The translations under genes were made by a program, and so were the position numbers. From positions 1 through 54,595 of the forward strand of contig JBMOFD010000002.1 in assembly GCA_049314435.1 (NCBI GenBank): a stretch of DNA of 54,595 nt. Reading direction: 5' to 3'. The notes under the pieces are model-generated. The model did not search any database. It saw only the letters and a list, made by a program, of their open reading frames with translations, and had not been told where the DNA came from. This document shows, piece by piece, positions 38,931 through 49,786 of this stretch (positions are counted from its first letter, which is position 1; each line of letters starts with the position of its first letter). The stretch comes from Chlamydiia bacterium (lineage in GTDB: Bacteria > Chlamydiota > Chlamydiia > Chlamydiales > JBMOFD01).

Positions 38931-41900
38931 ATGGCGAATGTGCGGCGTATTCAATTTGGTCCTAACGAGTTCCATCGGCCAGAGGTCCACAGACCTTCTG
39001 CCATCCACACTACCCCGCTCTTTGGACCCGATCTACCTCTGAGGGGCATTCTGCGTAGGCGTGCGCCCAATGGGGAGCTCATCACGCCCACTCCGCCTTC
39101 GTGTGGATGGAGGACCTCCCCAAAAGAGCAGGTGTCTCTACGTGGGGACGTGTGGCGGGTGCAGTCCTATCAGCAGGAGCTGTCTTATCAGCTGAAGCAG
39201 TTGCAACAACCATCTGCATGGACTCCGAATGAGCGAGTGCTAGTCGAATTGCCCGTCTGGCTCGCTCTGGCCATGACTTTAGAGGAGACAAACCGTGTAG
39301 GAAGCGAAGGGAGAGAAGGGACCCAGTTCGTACGGACATTTTGGTTGCCCTACCGGCAGCATCGCTGCGGCTTGGTGGATGTGGGTCAGCTGAAGGCCAT
39401 GCGTGCTCTTACGGAGAACGAGCTATGGAAGACCCTGGAGCCAGCACTGCTGGACGCTTTGGGGCAATTTAGGGCGGCTATCGATGGCGCCACTCGACCA
39501 TGGGACGCTAAAGTGGCAAGGGTCGAACCGACATGGAAGGAGGAGTTCGTCAAGGGGCTGTTGAGTCATGAGCATCTCGAGACCGCAGCGTCGTGGGGCG
39601 TCAAGGTGGATTGTGGGGAGAAGTTGGCCGACTGGCTGCATGACTGGTCTAAAGCGCCGTCGAGCAAAAGGCTAGACAGGCTTCCCGCCGAGCTTCGGAT
39701 ATTGATGGAACAAGCGCCAGATCGGCTGCAAGGAGCCCTGTTGTGTAGGGTCTGGGATTTGAAGCCGCGGGATCTAGCCGTTGAGCGTGTGGTTAGTCTC
39801 ACATTGGGTCTAGGAGAGGCTCTGGCTAGAGTAGGTTCCGCTGTCAGCGTAACGAGGACACTAGCAGCCCTTTCGCATTTGAAGGAGCAGCTCCAACTGC
39901 CCGCGAACATCGGGACCTCTACAGTCGTGGAGGGCGAGATAGAGAAGGCACCACTGTGTTCATTGATTTCTGAGGAGTCGGCAAGGATCGCCCTTGACCT
40001 GGTTGAGTGGTATCAGACAAGAGGCGGTTGGTTGGAGGCCCAGGCAGTCCTCATGCAGCTTGGGGGTGGGCAGCTGCCCACGCACAGTGGATCATTCAGT
40101 GACCTTTGGGAGTGTATTGGATCTATTGACTCGATGGAGGAGAGCTCGGCGCACAGGGGTCGTTGGCAGGAGCTCATGGCAAGGCAATTAGGCCCGGTGC
40201 AGCTGCATGTCACAGCGGGATGTTCATCCGACAGGAGCCAATGGGGCGCTTCTCTAGGCAACCCATGGAATCACAGGGTTGTGTGGCGTAACATGACCGC
40301 GGTTTGGCACGCCCTTCAGCCCCCAGCTGTTGTACAGCTCACTGCAACGCCATCTTTGGACATGACTGAGCCTGCTCAGGTAACAGGGTCGGGCAGGGCA
40401 GGCAACAGCGTCTTTCAGCCTGCAGTCCAGGAGAGTGAGTCTGTCAGGGCGGCTGTGTTTAGGCACGCATTCCGATCCGCTTCAGATCCTCAGCGTGCCG
40501 CTATGTTGGATCATCTAGAGCCTTGCGCTGCACAATGGAAACCACTCAAAGATTGTCTCGAGCGAGAAGCCAGGCGATTTCTATTGGATAGAACCACTGC
40601 TCTGCTCCCAGCATGGGAAAGAAGCTGGTGGGTGGGTATCGCCCCGAGCCTCAAGCGACTCTTTATTGAAGTCTTGAGCGCCTTTGATGGGACCTCAAAG
40701 GGGGCTAGTCGAGCGTGGAAGGATCCCTTTGGTAAGATATGGCATCGAGTCACACCGTGGTTTACTGCCGTGGAACAGATGCTCAAGGTCTCAGATCGAT
40801 TGTCTCGAGAGGGCGCGAGAGAATATGACCAAGGGAAGATTCATCAAGTAGCACACCTGCTTGAGTGTTCTTTGGCAGTTCTAGTTCCGGTCATTGAGCG
40901 ATCCCAAGAGGAGGTGGATGCTGCATTTCGCGACATGCAGCTGTGGGCGGAATGGTGCTATCCGGAGGCGCTAGATCTTGAATTTCGTGGGAGGGCTCTC
41001 GATTGGTTGATCGAGATCAAGGAGGCTTTTGATCCTGCTCAGCCGTCTGAAGGGACGGTGGTCCCTGGAGAGCTGCTCGCATTACTGAATCAGACAAAGA
41101 GCGAGCAGCGGACCGCTCTAAAGCAATGCTGGAGGGAATGTGAGCCCTGTATCATGGGTGCGCTGCAGAGTTGGGGTAGATGGGTCCTAGCATTGCGACG
41201 CACAGGGGTCACGACTCAAGATCGCTCAGCGACCGTAGTAGATTGTGCCGAAAAGGCTCGCATGGCCTTGGAGGGCGCTCTCAAGTCGCTTAGCGAGCTG
41301 CTATTGAACGACGTCCTGACGGAACGGGCTGTTTCAGCCGATTTCGAACCTATACGAGCGGGGTTGACTGGGCTGGTTGCCTGCATCACCAAGATGCAGG
41401 GGAGACGGGAAGCACTCATGCGGAGGGTAGACGCGGAGGGGCTGCAGGTCGCAAGTGAGGGCATGGAGCCCTTTCAGAAGGTATGGAGACGAGGCTTCTT
41501 TAAGAGCTATTTGGCAGGGGCGGGGCATGCCGTACAGGCCCTACGCTTGCTATGTCTGGATAAGCATGGCCACACGAAGTTAGGTCCGATGGACATCGAG
41601 GAGATGACAGAGCTGTTGATGAGCTGGCTGGAGCATTGCCTGCCAGATGCAGCGGTTGAGGCGTCTGCGGAAGTCGCATCGGAGGGGCGCCAGATGCTAA
41701 AATGGCTTTTAGCGGGGGAGAACATTGAGATACGGACGGGTAGTAGTGGTCTGATCACGATCGGGCAGTTCAGAGGGATCGATTTGTATGCCACAGGCCA
41801 TTCCCAGCAATTAGTCCGTTTGATTCTCAATGATCTGGGGGGCTTTGTAAAAGGGGTCAAGGCCGCCAAGGCCATCTTTGATGACGCTGCGGCCACGGAC

Positions 41901-43013
41901 AAGCAACGGAAGCGCGAGTACCACAATATTTCTAGTGAAGACGTGATCGTGCCGCGCGATATGCCACAGGATCAGAGAGATCGCTTCGTAGTAGGGCGGG
42001 TGCGAGATGACCGAAGGGCCAAGAAGGTGGAATGCCAGCTGGCGAGGGACGGGAAAAGGAGAGCTAGGGATGGGTTAAGGGAGACTTGCCGATTGGTGGC
42101 ACGGCATTACTTTGACTATGTCAACGCTATGCGTGCTGGCGTCAGGGGGGGGGCTGAGGCTGAGTTCATACGCGAACTGCATCGGGTACTCCTTGATGTG
42201 CTCTTTGATCGAGAGATGGTCGAGGCTCTGAAAGCCTGCGATGGGGAAGGCCCAGCTCAAACGGGTCAATTGGAAGACTTTAAGCGGCTCTTGAAGGAGG
42301 GAAAGCGTCCGTTGATTGCCACGGAGCGTCCCGATGTCCAATTGAAAAACCTTCTTGATCAACATCAACAAGGGCCATCTGGCCAGATGGGGTCCTGGGC
42401 CATTGCAAACTTAGCTAGCGAGCTTGTGAGCGAGTTGTTGAACTGGTTTGGTCGGAAGGCTATCGCCCCAGAGGGTTCTACTGCGGGTGTTGGGACCTCG
42501 AGTTCGCACGCAACGGCGCCTCTCGCGACGGACATGGAGGCCCTGTCGCCTGAACAAGCTCAGTTGATTCGCAGGGGAATGGTCTTGTCTCTCAACACAC
42601 AGGCCTATTGTGTGCGGCAACTCTGGCGGGCCTGGGACTGGGCTGGGCAGCAGAATCCTTCGGATACGGAGCTGGTCAACGAGTTAGAGGACAAGTTGCA
42701 AGCGAGGTCGGAAGATCTGGCGGATAACCTGTTGAGTAGTTGGAAGCGGGTGCCCGTGACCGAGGGAGAAGCCAAGCAGGCAGTGCTTAATGAGATGTTA
42801 CGGAGTTTACGAGGTGAGCTCCTACCAGAGAGACGAGAGAGGCCAGGTGAACTACCTCCGTTGTGTAAGCCCGTGATTAAGGAGATCGAGTTGGCTCTGC
42901 AATATCGTCGGCTTGATACTCCTTCGATCGATGAAGCTCTATTCCAGGAGATTCTAAAACTGAATCAGGAGCTCCTTGCACAAGAGGAGCGGCGACCTGC
43001 AGAGCGCTCCTAG
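38931..43013 (+). CDS. Large hypothetical protein (~1360 aa), candidate effector
   Basis: Uninterrupted 4-kb ORF with Pro-rich N-terminus; no recognisable domain. Confidence 0.8.
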   Translation: MANVRRIQFGPNEFHRPEVHRPSAIHTTPLFGPDLPLRGILRRRAPNGELITPTPPSCGWRTSPKEQVSLRGDVWRVQSYQQELSYQLKQLQQPSAWTPNERVLVELPVWLALAMTLEETNRVGSEGREGTQFVRTFWLPYRQHRCGLVDVGQLKAMRALTENELWKTLEPALLDALGQFRAAIDGATRPWDAKVARVEPTWKEEFVKGLLSHEHLETAASWGVKVDCGEKLADWLHDWSKAPSSKRLDRLPAELRILMEQAPDRLQGALLCRVWDLKPRDLAVERVVSLTLGLGEALARVGSAVSVTRTLAALSHLKEQLQLPANIGTSTVVEGEIEKAPLCSLISEESARIALDLVEWYQTRGGWLEAQAVLMQLGGGQLPTHSGSFSDLWECIGSIDSMEESSAHRGRWQELMARQLGPVQLHVTAGCSSDRSQWGASLGNPWNHRVVWRNMTAVWHALQPPAVVQLTATPSLDMTEPAQVTGSGRAGNSVFQPAVQESESVRAAVFRHAFRSASDPQRAAMLDHLEPCAAQWKPLKDCLEREARRFLLDRTTALLPAWERSWWVGIAPSLKRLFIEVLSAFDGTSKGASRAWKDPFGKIWHRVTPWFTAVEQMLKVSDRLSREGAREYDQGKIHQVAHLLECSLAVLVPVIERSQEEVDAAFRDMQLWAEWCYPEALDLEFRGRALDWLIEIKEAFDPAQPSEGTVVPGELLALLNQTKSEQRTALKQCWRECEPCIMGALQSWGRWVLALRRTGVTTQDRSATVVDCAEKARMALEGALKSLSELLLNDVLTERAVSADFEPIRAGLTGLVACITKMQGRREALMRRVDAEGLQVASEGMEPFQKVWRRGFFKSYLAGAGHAVQALRLLCLDKHGHTKLGPMDIEEMTELLMSWLEHCLPDAAVEASAEVASEGRQMLKWLLAGENIEIRTGSSGLITIGQFRGIDLYATGHSQQLVRLILNDLGGFVKGVKAAKAIFDDAAATDKQRKREYHNISSEDVIVPRDMPQDQRDRFVVGRVRDDRRAKKVECQLARDGKRRARDGLRETCRLVARHYFDYVNAMRAGVRGGAEAEFIRELHRVLLDVLFDREMVEALKACDGEGPAQTGQLEDFKRLLKEGKRPLIATERPDVQLKNLLDQHQQGPSGQMGSWAIANLASELVSELLNWFGRKAIAPEGSTAGVGTSSSHATAPLATDMEALSPEQAQLIRRGMVLSLNTQAYCVRQLWRAWDWAGQQNPSDTELVNELEDKLQARSEDLADNLLSSWKRVPVTEGEAKQAVLNEMLRSLRGELLPERRERPGELPPLCKPVIKEIELALQYRRLDTPSIDEALFQEILKLNQELLAQEERRPAERS

Positions 43014-43053
43014 ACCGAGCGTCTAGTCCCTATCGAAGAGGACCGACGCTATC

Positions 43054-44112
43054 TCAGGTTGCGTCAGCAAGAGCCTTGGATGCCATTTCCAGCAGGCGCA
43101 GCCTCTCCACCCATTTGGGCAATTGGCGCTGTAGAACCATCTGCCGTGCATTTTCCGTATGGGGGACAGCGGGAGCTCCAGAATAGACACCTTTTGCGAG
43201 GTCCTTGGAGGCGGCGGCACGTGCTGTAAGAATCACGTCATCTGCCAGGGCAACATGCCCAACGATGGCTGCCTGCCCGCCCATGATGCAGCGGGCTCCT
43301 GTCTTACAGGATCCAGATAGGCCAACCTGAGCGACTACGAGGTTGTCAGACCCAAGTTCCACATTATGAGCCACCTGCACGAGGTTATCGAGTTTGCTAC
43401 CTCTGCCTATATGGGTGCTTTGGAAACGGGCCCGATCGATCGTGGAGTTGGCTCCGACTTCTACATCGTCCTCAAGAACGACTGTACCGATCTGATCGAG
43501 TTTATGATGGCGACCCGTGGTGGGATCTGTATGGTACCCAAAGCCACATGACCCAATGATAGCCCCAGGCTGGAGAATCACACGATCACCTAGTTGGACC
43601 TGCTCTCGCACGACGCTATGGGCATGCAAATGGCAGTGCTCGCCAATGCGGACTCCAGGACCTATACTGACATGTGGTCCCACGGTCGTATGGGATCCGA
43701 CGGACACGTGAGCATCGATGACGGCATAGGGCTGGACAGTGACGTCCTCACCGAGTACCACCGTCGGATGGATGACCGCGGTGGGATGAATGCCTGTGAA
43801 GCCAGAAGCTACTCGACGATGGCCAACAAACCACTCAACGGCCGCTTGGAAGGCGGCCGTTGGATGGTCCACGATCAGACGAACACACTGAGGAGGGAGA
43901 ACATGGGCCAGTTCGGCCGTGACGAAGACCGCTCCCGCACGTGTGACCGCTGCCTGTTTGGCGTATCTAGGGTTCCCCAGAAAGGAGACAGACTCTGGAC
44001 GGGCCTCGTCGAGGGGAGCGACATCTGTCAAATAGGCACAACCATGGCCTTCGACTCGTGCTCCAGTGCGCTCGGCTAGTTCAAAGAGAGAAAGTGAGGG
44101 GGAGTGGGTCAT
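43054..44112 (-). CDS. lpxD: UDP-3-O-acyl-glucosamine N-acyltransferase
   Basis: SFLGNPRY, hexapeptide repeats, GSCGFGY, GANSTIDR, KLDNLVQVAHNV. Confidence 0.96.
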   Translation of the reverse strand: MTHSPSLSLFELAERTGARVEGHGCAYLTDVAPLDEARPESVSFLGNPRYAKQAAVTRAGAVFVTAELAHVLPPQCVRLIVDHPTAAFQAAVEWFVGHRRVASGFTGIHPTAVIHPTVVLGEDVTVQPYAVIDAHVSVGSHTTVGPHVSIGPGVRIGEHCHLHAHSVVREQVQLGDRVILQPGAIIGSCGFGYHTDPTTGRHHKLDQIGTVVLEDDVEVGANSTIDRARFQSTHIGRGSKLDNLVQVAHNVELGSDNLVVAQVGLSGSCKTGARCIMGGQAAIVGHVALADDVILTARAAASKDLAKGVYSGAPAVPHTENARQMVLQRQLPKWVERLRLLEMASKALADAT

Positions 44113-44184
44113 GTCAAACACACCGTCCTTTGGCCATTCTCTGGCCTTTCGACGGTGCTCCAAGATCAAGTGTTGGGTCGATGA

Positions 44185-44694
44185 TTAGTGAGATGAGCCC
44201 TGAGCATCGAGCTTCTGGATGACGGCAGTCGTTCGGTCCGCGCTCGGTGCTGCAAAGAAGAGAGCTTCTTTATTGAAAACAGCTTCGAGCCCCTCATCCT
44301 TAGCGATCGCGGCGGCCGCGGCTGAGACTTGAGCTGCCATGTTGGCGACGAATCGCTGGGTCGCCTGCTGATACTGCTGCGACACGACCTGGATGAGCTG
44401 CATGCGCTCCTCACCAAGACGACGGAACTTCTCTTTTTGCTCCTGCTCAGCTTCTGGAGAGAGGCTGTCAATGTAGTCAGGATCGCGAAGCTTCTCGCCA
44501 ATAGAGGCCATCTCCTTTTCCAGCTTGGTCACCTGACCTTCTAGGTCAGCGCGCAAGGCTTGAAGGGATTGCTCTTCCTTCTTAGCGAACTGAGACTGGG
44601 TTAGGACCTCTTGGAAGTCCACATAGCCAATCTGTATGGCATATCCACCCGCGCAGGTCATGCAGAAGGCGGCAAAAAGGGTTCTTAACAACAT
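44185..44694 (-). CDS. skp: OmpH/Skp periplasmic chaperone
   Basis: Signal peptide, IGYVDF, coiled coil, D.T..VI..LD; lies between bamA and lpxD. Confidence 0.9.
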   Translation of the reverse strand: MLLRTLFAAFCMTCAGGYAIQIGYVDFQEVLTQSQFAKKEEQSLQALRADLEGQVTKLEKEMASIGEKLRDPDYIDSLSPEAEQEQKEKFRRLGEERMQLIQVVSQQYQQATQRFVANMAAQVSAAAAAIAKDEGLEAVFNKEALFFAAPSADRTTAVIQKLDAQGSSH

Positions 44695-44805
44695 AATCGG
44701 TCCTCTTGAGTGTGGTGATCGCCTGCTGACCCTATGGGCATCGATCCCCAGTACAGGGAGAGCCCTTGGTCCGCACGGCTGGTCAGGTTAACGGTAGGCA
44801 GCTTA

Positions 44806-47196
44806 CTAAAAGGTGGATCCCATTGAGAAGAACAATCTCTTCTGCTCGCCTTCCCGAGTAGGATTCACGGGAATCCCGTAGCCAATCGTAAACGGAGCCT
44901 GTCCGAAAATCGGAATGGTCATGCCGACACCATACGACGCCTGCCAAGGCCAGTCGAGGTGCCAAGGTTCAGCTGACACAGAGCCTGCATCCATGAAGAC
45001 AAACAGTCGCCATTCGTTATAGAAACGCCAGTTCCACTCCACGCTGGCCAGCCCAGAGCTCATCCCACCCAACGGCTTCTGGTATCCAATCCAAGGACCT
45101 AAAACGAACGGACGATAGCCGCGTACCGACTGGTCGCCGCCCAAGAAGAAGCGTTCGTTATAAGGGATAAAGAGCACGTTCGGGGTTTTCCCGAAGGGCT
45201 TCATGAAGTTGAAGTCTAGACGATACCGAATGGTCCCGACTGGTAGCACGGTTGTATACAGCGTATTCAGGAAGGAGACTGTCGCAAACTGGGCCGTACC
45301 CCCTAATCCAGCGATCTCTCCGCGCAACTCACTGCGTAAGCCTGTGGTGGGATCGAAGGGCTTGTTCGTCGAGTCGAGGCCCAGGCTAAGACTGAAGGCT
45401 GATACGGTGCCAGAAGCTCCTGGCATGCGAGTGGTAATCCCATCCACCTCGATGTCTGTGTATTCTCGGACGAGTCGATACCGTGCCGTCAGTGCAAAGT
45501 AAGGATTGAGCGGATAGCTAGCACGAGCCACGATCCCGTCGGTGACCGTTTCGAAGTCTTCAGACTGTAGATTCCCCGAGGTGCGAGTCAGATCGAGTCC
45601 CACGCGCCAGAGAGTGTCCCTGAAATAGGGATCTAACCAGTTCAGTCCTAAGACTGACTGCTTAGTACCCCAGGAGATCTTGGCATGGAGGTATTCCCCA
45701 CCGCCGCGTAGCGCAGAGAGTCCTTCAGAGCGCAGATGGCCCAGCCCAGCCAGATTGAAGTTGCGTTCTGCAAACTCCGCTCCGGCTGTGATGCCCTCGC
45801 TCGTCCCATAGCCAGCAGAGAGGTTGAACGATCCAGTGTTTTGCTCTTCAACTTCGATGTAGACATCACGGAAATTATCGCCCAAGCCGCTTTGAGTTGA
45901 CGCCTTCACGGCGTAAACGTTCACTGACTTGAAGTAGCCGATGTTTTCCAGACGACGCTCTGTAGCCTGGAGTCGACGGGAGTCAAATATAGTGCCAGGG
46001 ATGAGTACGCACTCGCGCAGGATGATCCGGGATTGAGTCCACTCATTCCCAAAGATCCTCACCATCCCGACCTTGAACTGCTCACCTTCCTTGATCTTGA
46101 ACTGCATGCGGTAGATGGGAGCATCTTGTTCGAGCTCTGCTGCGAACTGCACATCCGCTTCGATGTACCCCTTAGATCCATACAGGTCCTTCATCGCCTG
46201 CACAGTATCGCGTACACGTTCGGGCGAATAGGGCTCGCCCGGCCGCATGTTGAAGCAGTTCCAGAGGTCCTGGTTAGTGAAGAGAGTATTCCCCTCGAAC
46301 GAGAGCTCGCCAAAGGTGTACAGAGGTCCCTTGTCGGCAATGAACTCAACGGTGATCCGCTTCTTATTGGGGATCTCCGTTACCTTCAGCTGCACGCGGG
46401 CATCGGCATAACCCACGTTCTGTAGGATGTTCAAAACCTGAAGGCGGTCATGCTCAGCAATGTCTTGCCGGTATGTGCCATCTTCTGTGGCCCAGCTAGT
46501 GAGGAAGAACCACTCTTTGAGGTTCAATTTCTCAAGAGCCGCGGATTCTTCAGCATCAGTCATGTTCACGAAGCGAATCTCATCCACCCGCCCAGCACGG
46601 CCCTCATTGACGTGAATGACGATCTTCACCGCATTCTCATCGGGCAGACGCTCAACAGTCGGCTCAACTCGAGCTTCGAAATAGCCTTTCTTGATGTACT
46701 CCTGGCGTATCTTCTGCAGGCCCTGAATGAGCTCCTTTCGGTTGAGAGGGGCTTGTAGAGTTAGACCTAAGGCCCGCTGTAGTCGGCGCGTGCCTAGGCC
46801 CCCATTCCCTACGAACTCGATCTCACGGATCGTGGGGCGTGGCGTGATGCGTAAAGTGATCTCCAGCCCATTGGGTGTCGATCGTAGCTGAGGGTCAACC
46901 TGGTCGTACTGCTCGGCTAACATCTTCAAGTCGGCATCAAAGGCGCTCTGTGAGAAGAGGTCACCCTCTCGCGTCCGCAGTTTGGCCTTCAGAATACGTG
47001 CATCAACCGCTTGATCGGGATCAGGAAGCGCAGGCAGGATCTGGATGGAGTGGATCGGTGCTCGTTCTAGATCATCAGCCTGGGTGACCATAGCCGAGGC
47101 ATAGGAATCGAACGTCTCGGCTGTCAGCAGACAGGGAGTCGCACAGAGTCCCATGAAGAGAGCTGCCCAGAGTCGTTTACGTCGTTTGCCACTCAT
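44806..47196 (-). CDS. bamA: Outer membrane protein assembly factor BamA
   Basis: POTRA repeats (KKGYFEA, GNEWTQSRIILRE, IGYFKSV), barrel motif FFLGG..SVRGY, C-terminal Phe. Confidence 0.95.
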   Translation of the reverse strand: MSGKRRKRLWAALFMGLCATPCLLTAETFDSYASAMVTQADDLERAPIHSIQILPALPDPDQAVDARILKAKLRTREGDLFSQSAFDADLKMLAEQYDQVDPQLRSTPNGLEITLRITPRPTIREIEFVGNGGLGTRRLQRALGLTLQAPLNRKELIQGLQKIRQEYIKKGYFEARVEPTVERLPDENAVKIVIHVNEGRAGRVDEIRFVNMTDAEESAALEKLNLKEWFFLTSWATEDGTYRQDIAEHDRLQVLNILQNVGYADARVQLKVTEIPNKKRITVEFIADKGPLYTFGELSFEGNTLFTNQDLWNCFNMRPGEPYSPERVRDTVQAMKDLYGSKGYIEADVQFAAELEQDAPIYRMQFKIKEGEQFKVGMVRIFGNEWTQSRIILRECVLIPGTIFDSRRLQATERRLENIGYFKSVNVYAVKASTQSGLGDNFRDVYIEVEEQNTGSFNLSAGYGTSEGITAGAEFAERNFNLAGLGHLRSEGLSALRGGGEYLHAKISWGTKQSVLGLNWLDPYFRDTLWRVGLDLTRTSGNLQSEDFETVTDGIVARASYPLNPYFALTARYRLVREYTDIEVDGITTRMPGASGTVSAFSLSLGLDSTNKPFDPTTGLRSELRGEIAGLGGTAQFATVSFLNTLYTTVLPVGTIRYRLDFNFMKPFGKTPNVLFIPYNERFFLGGDQSVRGYRPFVLGPWIGYQKPLGGMSSGLASVEWNWRFYNEWRLFVFMDAGSVSAEPWHLDWPWQASYGVGMTIPIFGQAPFTIGYGIPVNPTREGEQKRLFFSMGSTF

Positions 47197-47210
47197 GAAA
47201 GCGGTATCTC

Positions 47211-47810
47211 CTAAATGAGCTGTTGTCGGCCGGCCAGGGCTCGAGCTAGGGTTCCACCATCTACGTACTCTAAAGAGCTGCCTAGAGGGAGGCCAAACGC
47301 CAGTCGTGTGACACGGCACCCAAGGGCTTCTAATTCACGGTGCAGGAACAGGGCCGTTGCATCGCCTTCCAGAGTCGTGTCCAGAGCCAGGATGACCTCT
47401 TGCACTTGCAACCCTTGAATACGCGCATGGAGCCTCTCAAGGCCGATCGATTCAGGACCTCGGCGCTCCAGAGGTGACAAGAGTCCGCCTAGAATATGAT
47501 AGAGACCATGGAAGGCGCCCGTGTCTTCAAAGGCATACACATCGCGTACATGACCCAAGATGCAGAGCTGATGAGGATCTCTGGTGCGATCTTGGCAGAT
47601 CGTACAGAGAGCGGCTTCTGCTAGAGCTCCACATGCCGTGCAATGATGCATACGTTGCGGTAGCTCAGCAAGAGTCTGAGCTAGCCGTTGTAGCTGCTCA
47701 GGGGGCCATTCAAGGAGCTGGAAAGCATAACGTTCTGCGGTGCGATGTCCTACACCTGGCAGCTTTCGCAACTGTGCAAACAGAGTCTGTAGATGAGATG
47801 GGAACTGCAT
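47211..47810 (-). CDS. recR: Recombination mediator RecR
   Basis: KLPGVGHRTAER, C4 zinc finger, TLEGDATA, RLAFGLPLG. Confidence 0.96.
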   Translation of the reverse strand: MQFPSHLQTLFAQLRKLPGVGHRTAERYAFQLLEWPPEQLQRLAQTLAELPQRMHHCTACGALAEAALCTICQDRTRDPHQLCILGHVRDVYAFEDTGAFHGLYHILGGLLSPLERRGPESIGLERLHARIQGLQVQEVILALDTTLEGDATALFLHRELEALGCRVTRLAFGLPLGSSLEYVDGGTLARALAGRQQLI

Positions 47811-48115
47811 ACTCGACTTCTTTTGCCACGACCTATCTTCCACCCCAAGAGCCCGTTGACTGGCCGCCACCAACGGACTTCTCTAGCGGCATATAGCCAC
47901 AGAGAAATGCGTGAGAGGGTTCACTCGGTCCAATGGAGTTCGCCACACGGGATCGTATTTCCGCTGTGATCGAAGATGACTGGCGCCGAGTGTGCCCGTG
48001 ACAGCGATTTTTTTCCAGCAGAGGTCCTTGGAAGTGTGAGTAAATGTTTGAAGCGGTGCTATAGAGCTGATCCGGTCTTGCCTTAAGAAGAGAGGCAAGA
48101 CCGGGTAGCTCAAGT

Positions 48116-49786
48116 TTAGAGCCGGCTGAGCCCAAGCTGCTGTCGAGTCCATCCAATATTGGCCGTGACTGTATCGACGATGTCATCAGGCAGTTCGGGT
48201 TGATCGAGGATGCGCATGGAGGAGAGATAGGACTCGAAATAGCGACCGGTCCAGTAGGCACACACAGAATGTTCCAGTTCGATCCCATAGTCATGCATCC
48301 ATCGCTCCACGAATAGGCTATCTCCTGAAACAGGAAGACTTCTGCCTAGAAGGGAGACCAAGTAGCCCATCATGGGCTTGTCGTGAGTCCTGAGATAGCG
48401 GGTGAGCTGGTAGAGTGGTTCCAGCCGGGTAGGACGTGCCATGTACGCTTCTAAATAGCTGCGCACGACGATCGAGTCGGCGTAGTGCAGCTGCTCTCTG
48501 AGGGCCGCTACCATATAGAGGGACCAGAACACCTCTTGATCAAAGCCACCCATCATAGATCGTTTGAGATACCACTTTAGAGCGGAGGCCGCGTCTCCAG
48601 CATCTCGATAGCTCTGAGCCAGGTAGAAGGTATAACGCCGATTGAGAGGATCCTTCTTCAAAGCTACTTCGAGGAGCTGAGCGTCCTTTTGAAACTTCTT
48701 AGGATCTTTGGAGCGCGCTCCTTCCGCCCGGATGAAATTATAGACGCCGTCAAGAACGCCGTGAGTTTGCCACCCTGGACACTCTAGGTACTCATGAAGC
48801 ACGCCGACCCATCGCCAAGGCAGGTGGTTGTTGATGAGTTGGCTGCGAAGGTAGCGCATGCCGCCATAGTGAGCGTCTAGGTAGTAGAAATCGTGAAGGA
48901 GATGACGCTTGTCGACAGGGTGGTCAAAGATGAGTTCCTCGTCAGCGTCGATGAAGAGGAGGTAGTCACCCCAGTTGTGAGCTAGGTCGATCGCCTGGTT
49001 GCGGCTCGCCTCAAAGTTCACAAAGGGACTCTCGTATAGCTCTCCCGGGATGCCCTCCATGCATTTACGAATGATCGCCTGCGTGCCATCCACGGAGCCC
49101 GTGTCTAAGATCACCCAAGAGTCAATGAAAGGCTTAACTGAGTTGAGGCAGCGTTCGATGACGTGAGCTTCATTCTTGACGATCATGTTCAGACAGACCG
49201 TTTTGGGTGTGTCCGGGCTCTTGATGGGGGAGGGCATAGTTACAGATGGGGTGGTGCCTTGCTCAACAAAAGCAACGCTGGCTAGCGATGCGCAGCTCTT
49301 TGCCTCAGGGCACACCAACACGTCGCGGTCGCTCTGCACCCACTGCCAGGGGAGTCGACTGCTGATCAACTGGTTACGATGCCAGGAGGCTCCTGCTCGT
49401 TGGACGTAGTAGTAGTCGCGATCTAGGGTCTCTTTGTTGAGAGGAGCGCTCACGATCCATTCCTGATCGGGCGTCAGACACAGGACATAGTCCCCGTGGG
49501 ATCTTGCCAGCTCCAGAGCATGGTTCCGATCTATAGTGGAGGCACCCAGAGTGCCTCGATGGAGTTCGCCCGGTATGTCACCTAGACAAGACCGAATCAG
49601 CTGCTGTAGGCCCTCGTCGGAACTAGTGTCTAGAATGACCCAGTGATCGATGAGGGGCTTCACGGAGTTCAAGCAGCGTTCGAGATCCTTGTCCTGATGA
49701 TGAAGTGTCATGTTCAGGCAGATCGTTTTTTGGGCGCCCCAAAGGCAAGTACCCACAAGTAGAAGGGAGTAAACAGTGCGGTGCAT
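48116..49786 (-). CDS. GT2 glycosyltransferase with tandem GT domains and TPR-like C-terminus, signal peptide
   Basis: CLNMIVKNE..DTGS.DGT..LFIDADE..GVLHE; FYLAQSYRD TPR-like helices; degenerate N-terminal copy of the GT domain. Confidence 0.88.
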   Translation of the reverse strand: MHRTVYSLLLVGTCLWGAQKTICLNMTLHHQDKDLERCLNSVKPLIDHWVILDTSSDEGLQQLIRSCLGDIPGELHRGTLGASTIDRNHALELARSHGDYVLCLTPDQEWIVSAPLNKETLDRDYYYVQRAGASWHRNQLISSRLPWQWVQSDRDVLVCPEAKSCASLASVAFVEQGTTPSVTMPSPIKSPDTPKTVCLNMIVKNEAHVIERCLNSVKPFIDSWVILDTGSVDGTQAIIRKCMEGIPGELYESPFVNFEASRNQAIDLAHNWGDYLLFIDADEELIFDHPVDKRHLLHDFYYLDAHYGGMRYLRSQLINNHLPWRWVGVLHEYLECPGWQTHGVLDGVYNFIRAEGARSKDPKKFQKDAQLLEVALKKDPLNRRYTFYLAQSYRDAGDAASALKWYLKRSMMGGFDQEVFWSLYMVAALREQLHYADSIVVRSYLEAYMARPTRLEPLYQLTRYLRTHDKPMMGYLVSLLGRSLPVSGDSLFVERWMHDYGIELEHSVCAYWTGRYFESYLSSMRILDQPELPDDIVDTVTANIGWTRQQLGLSRL

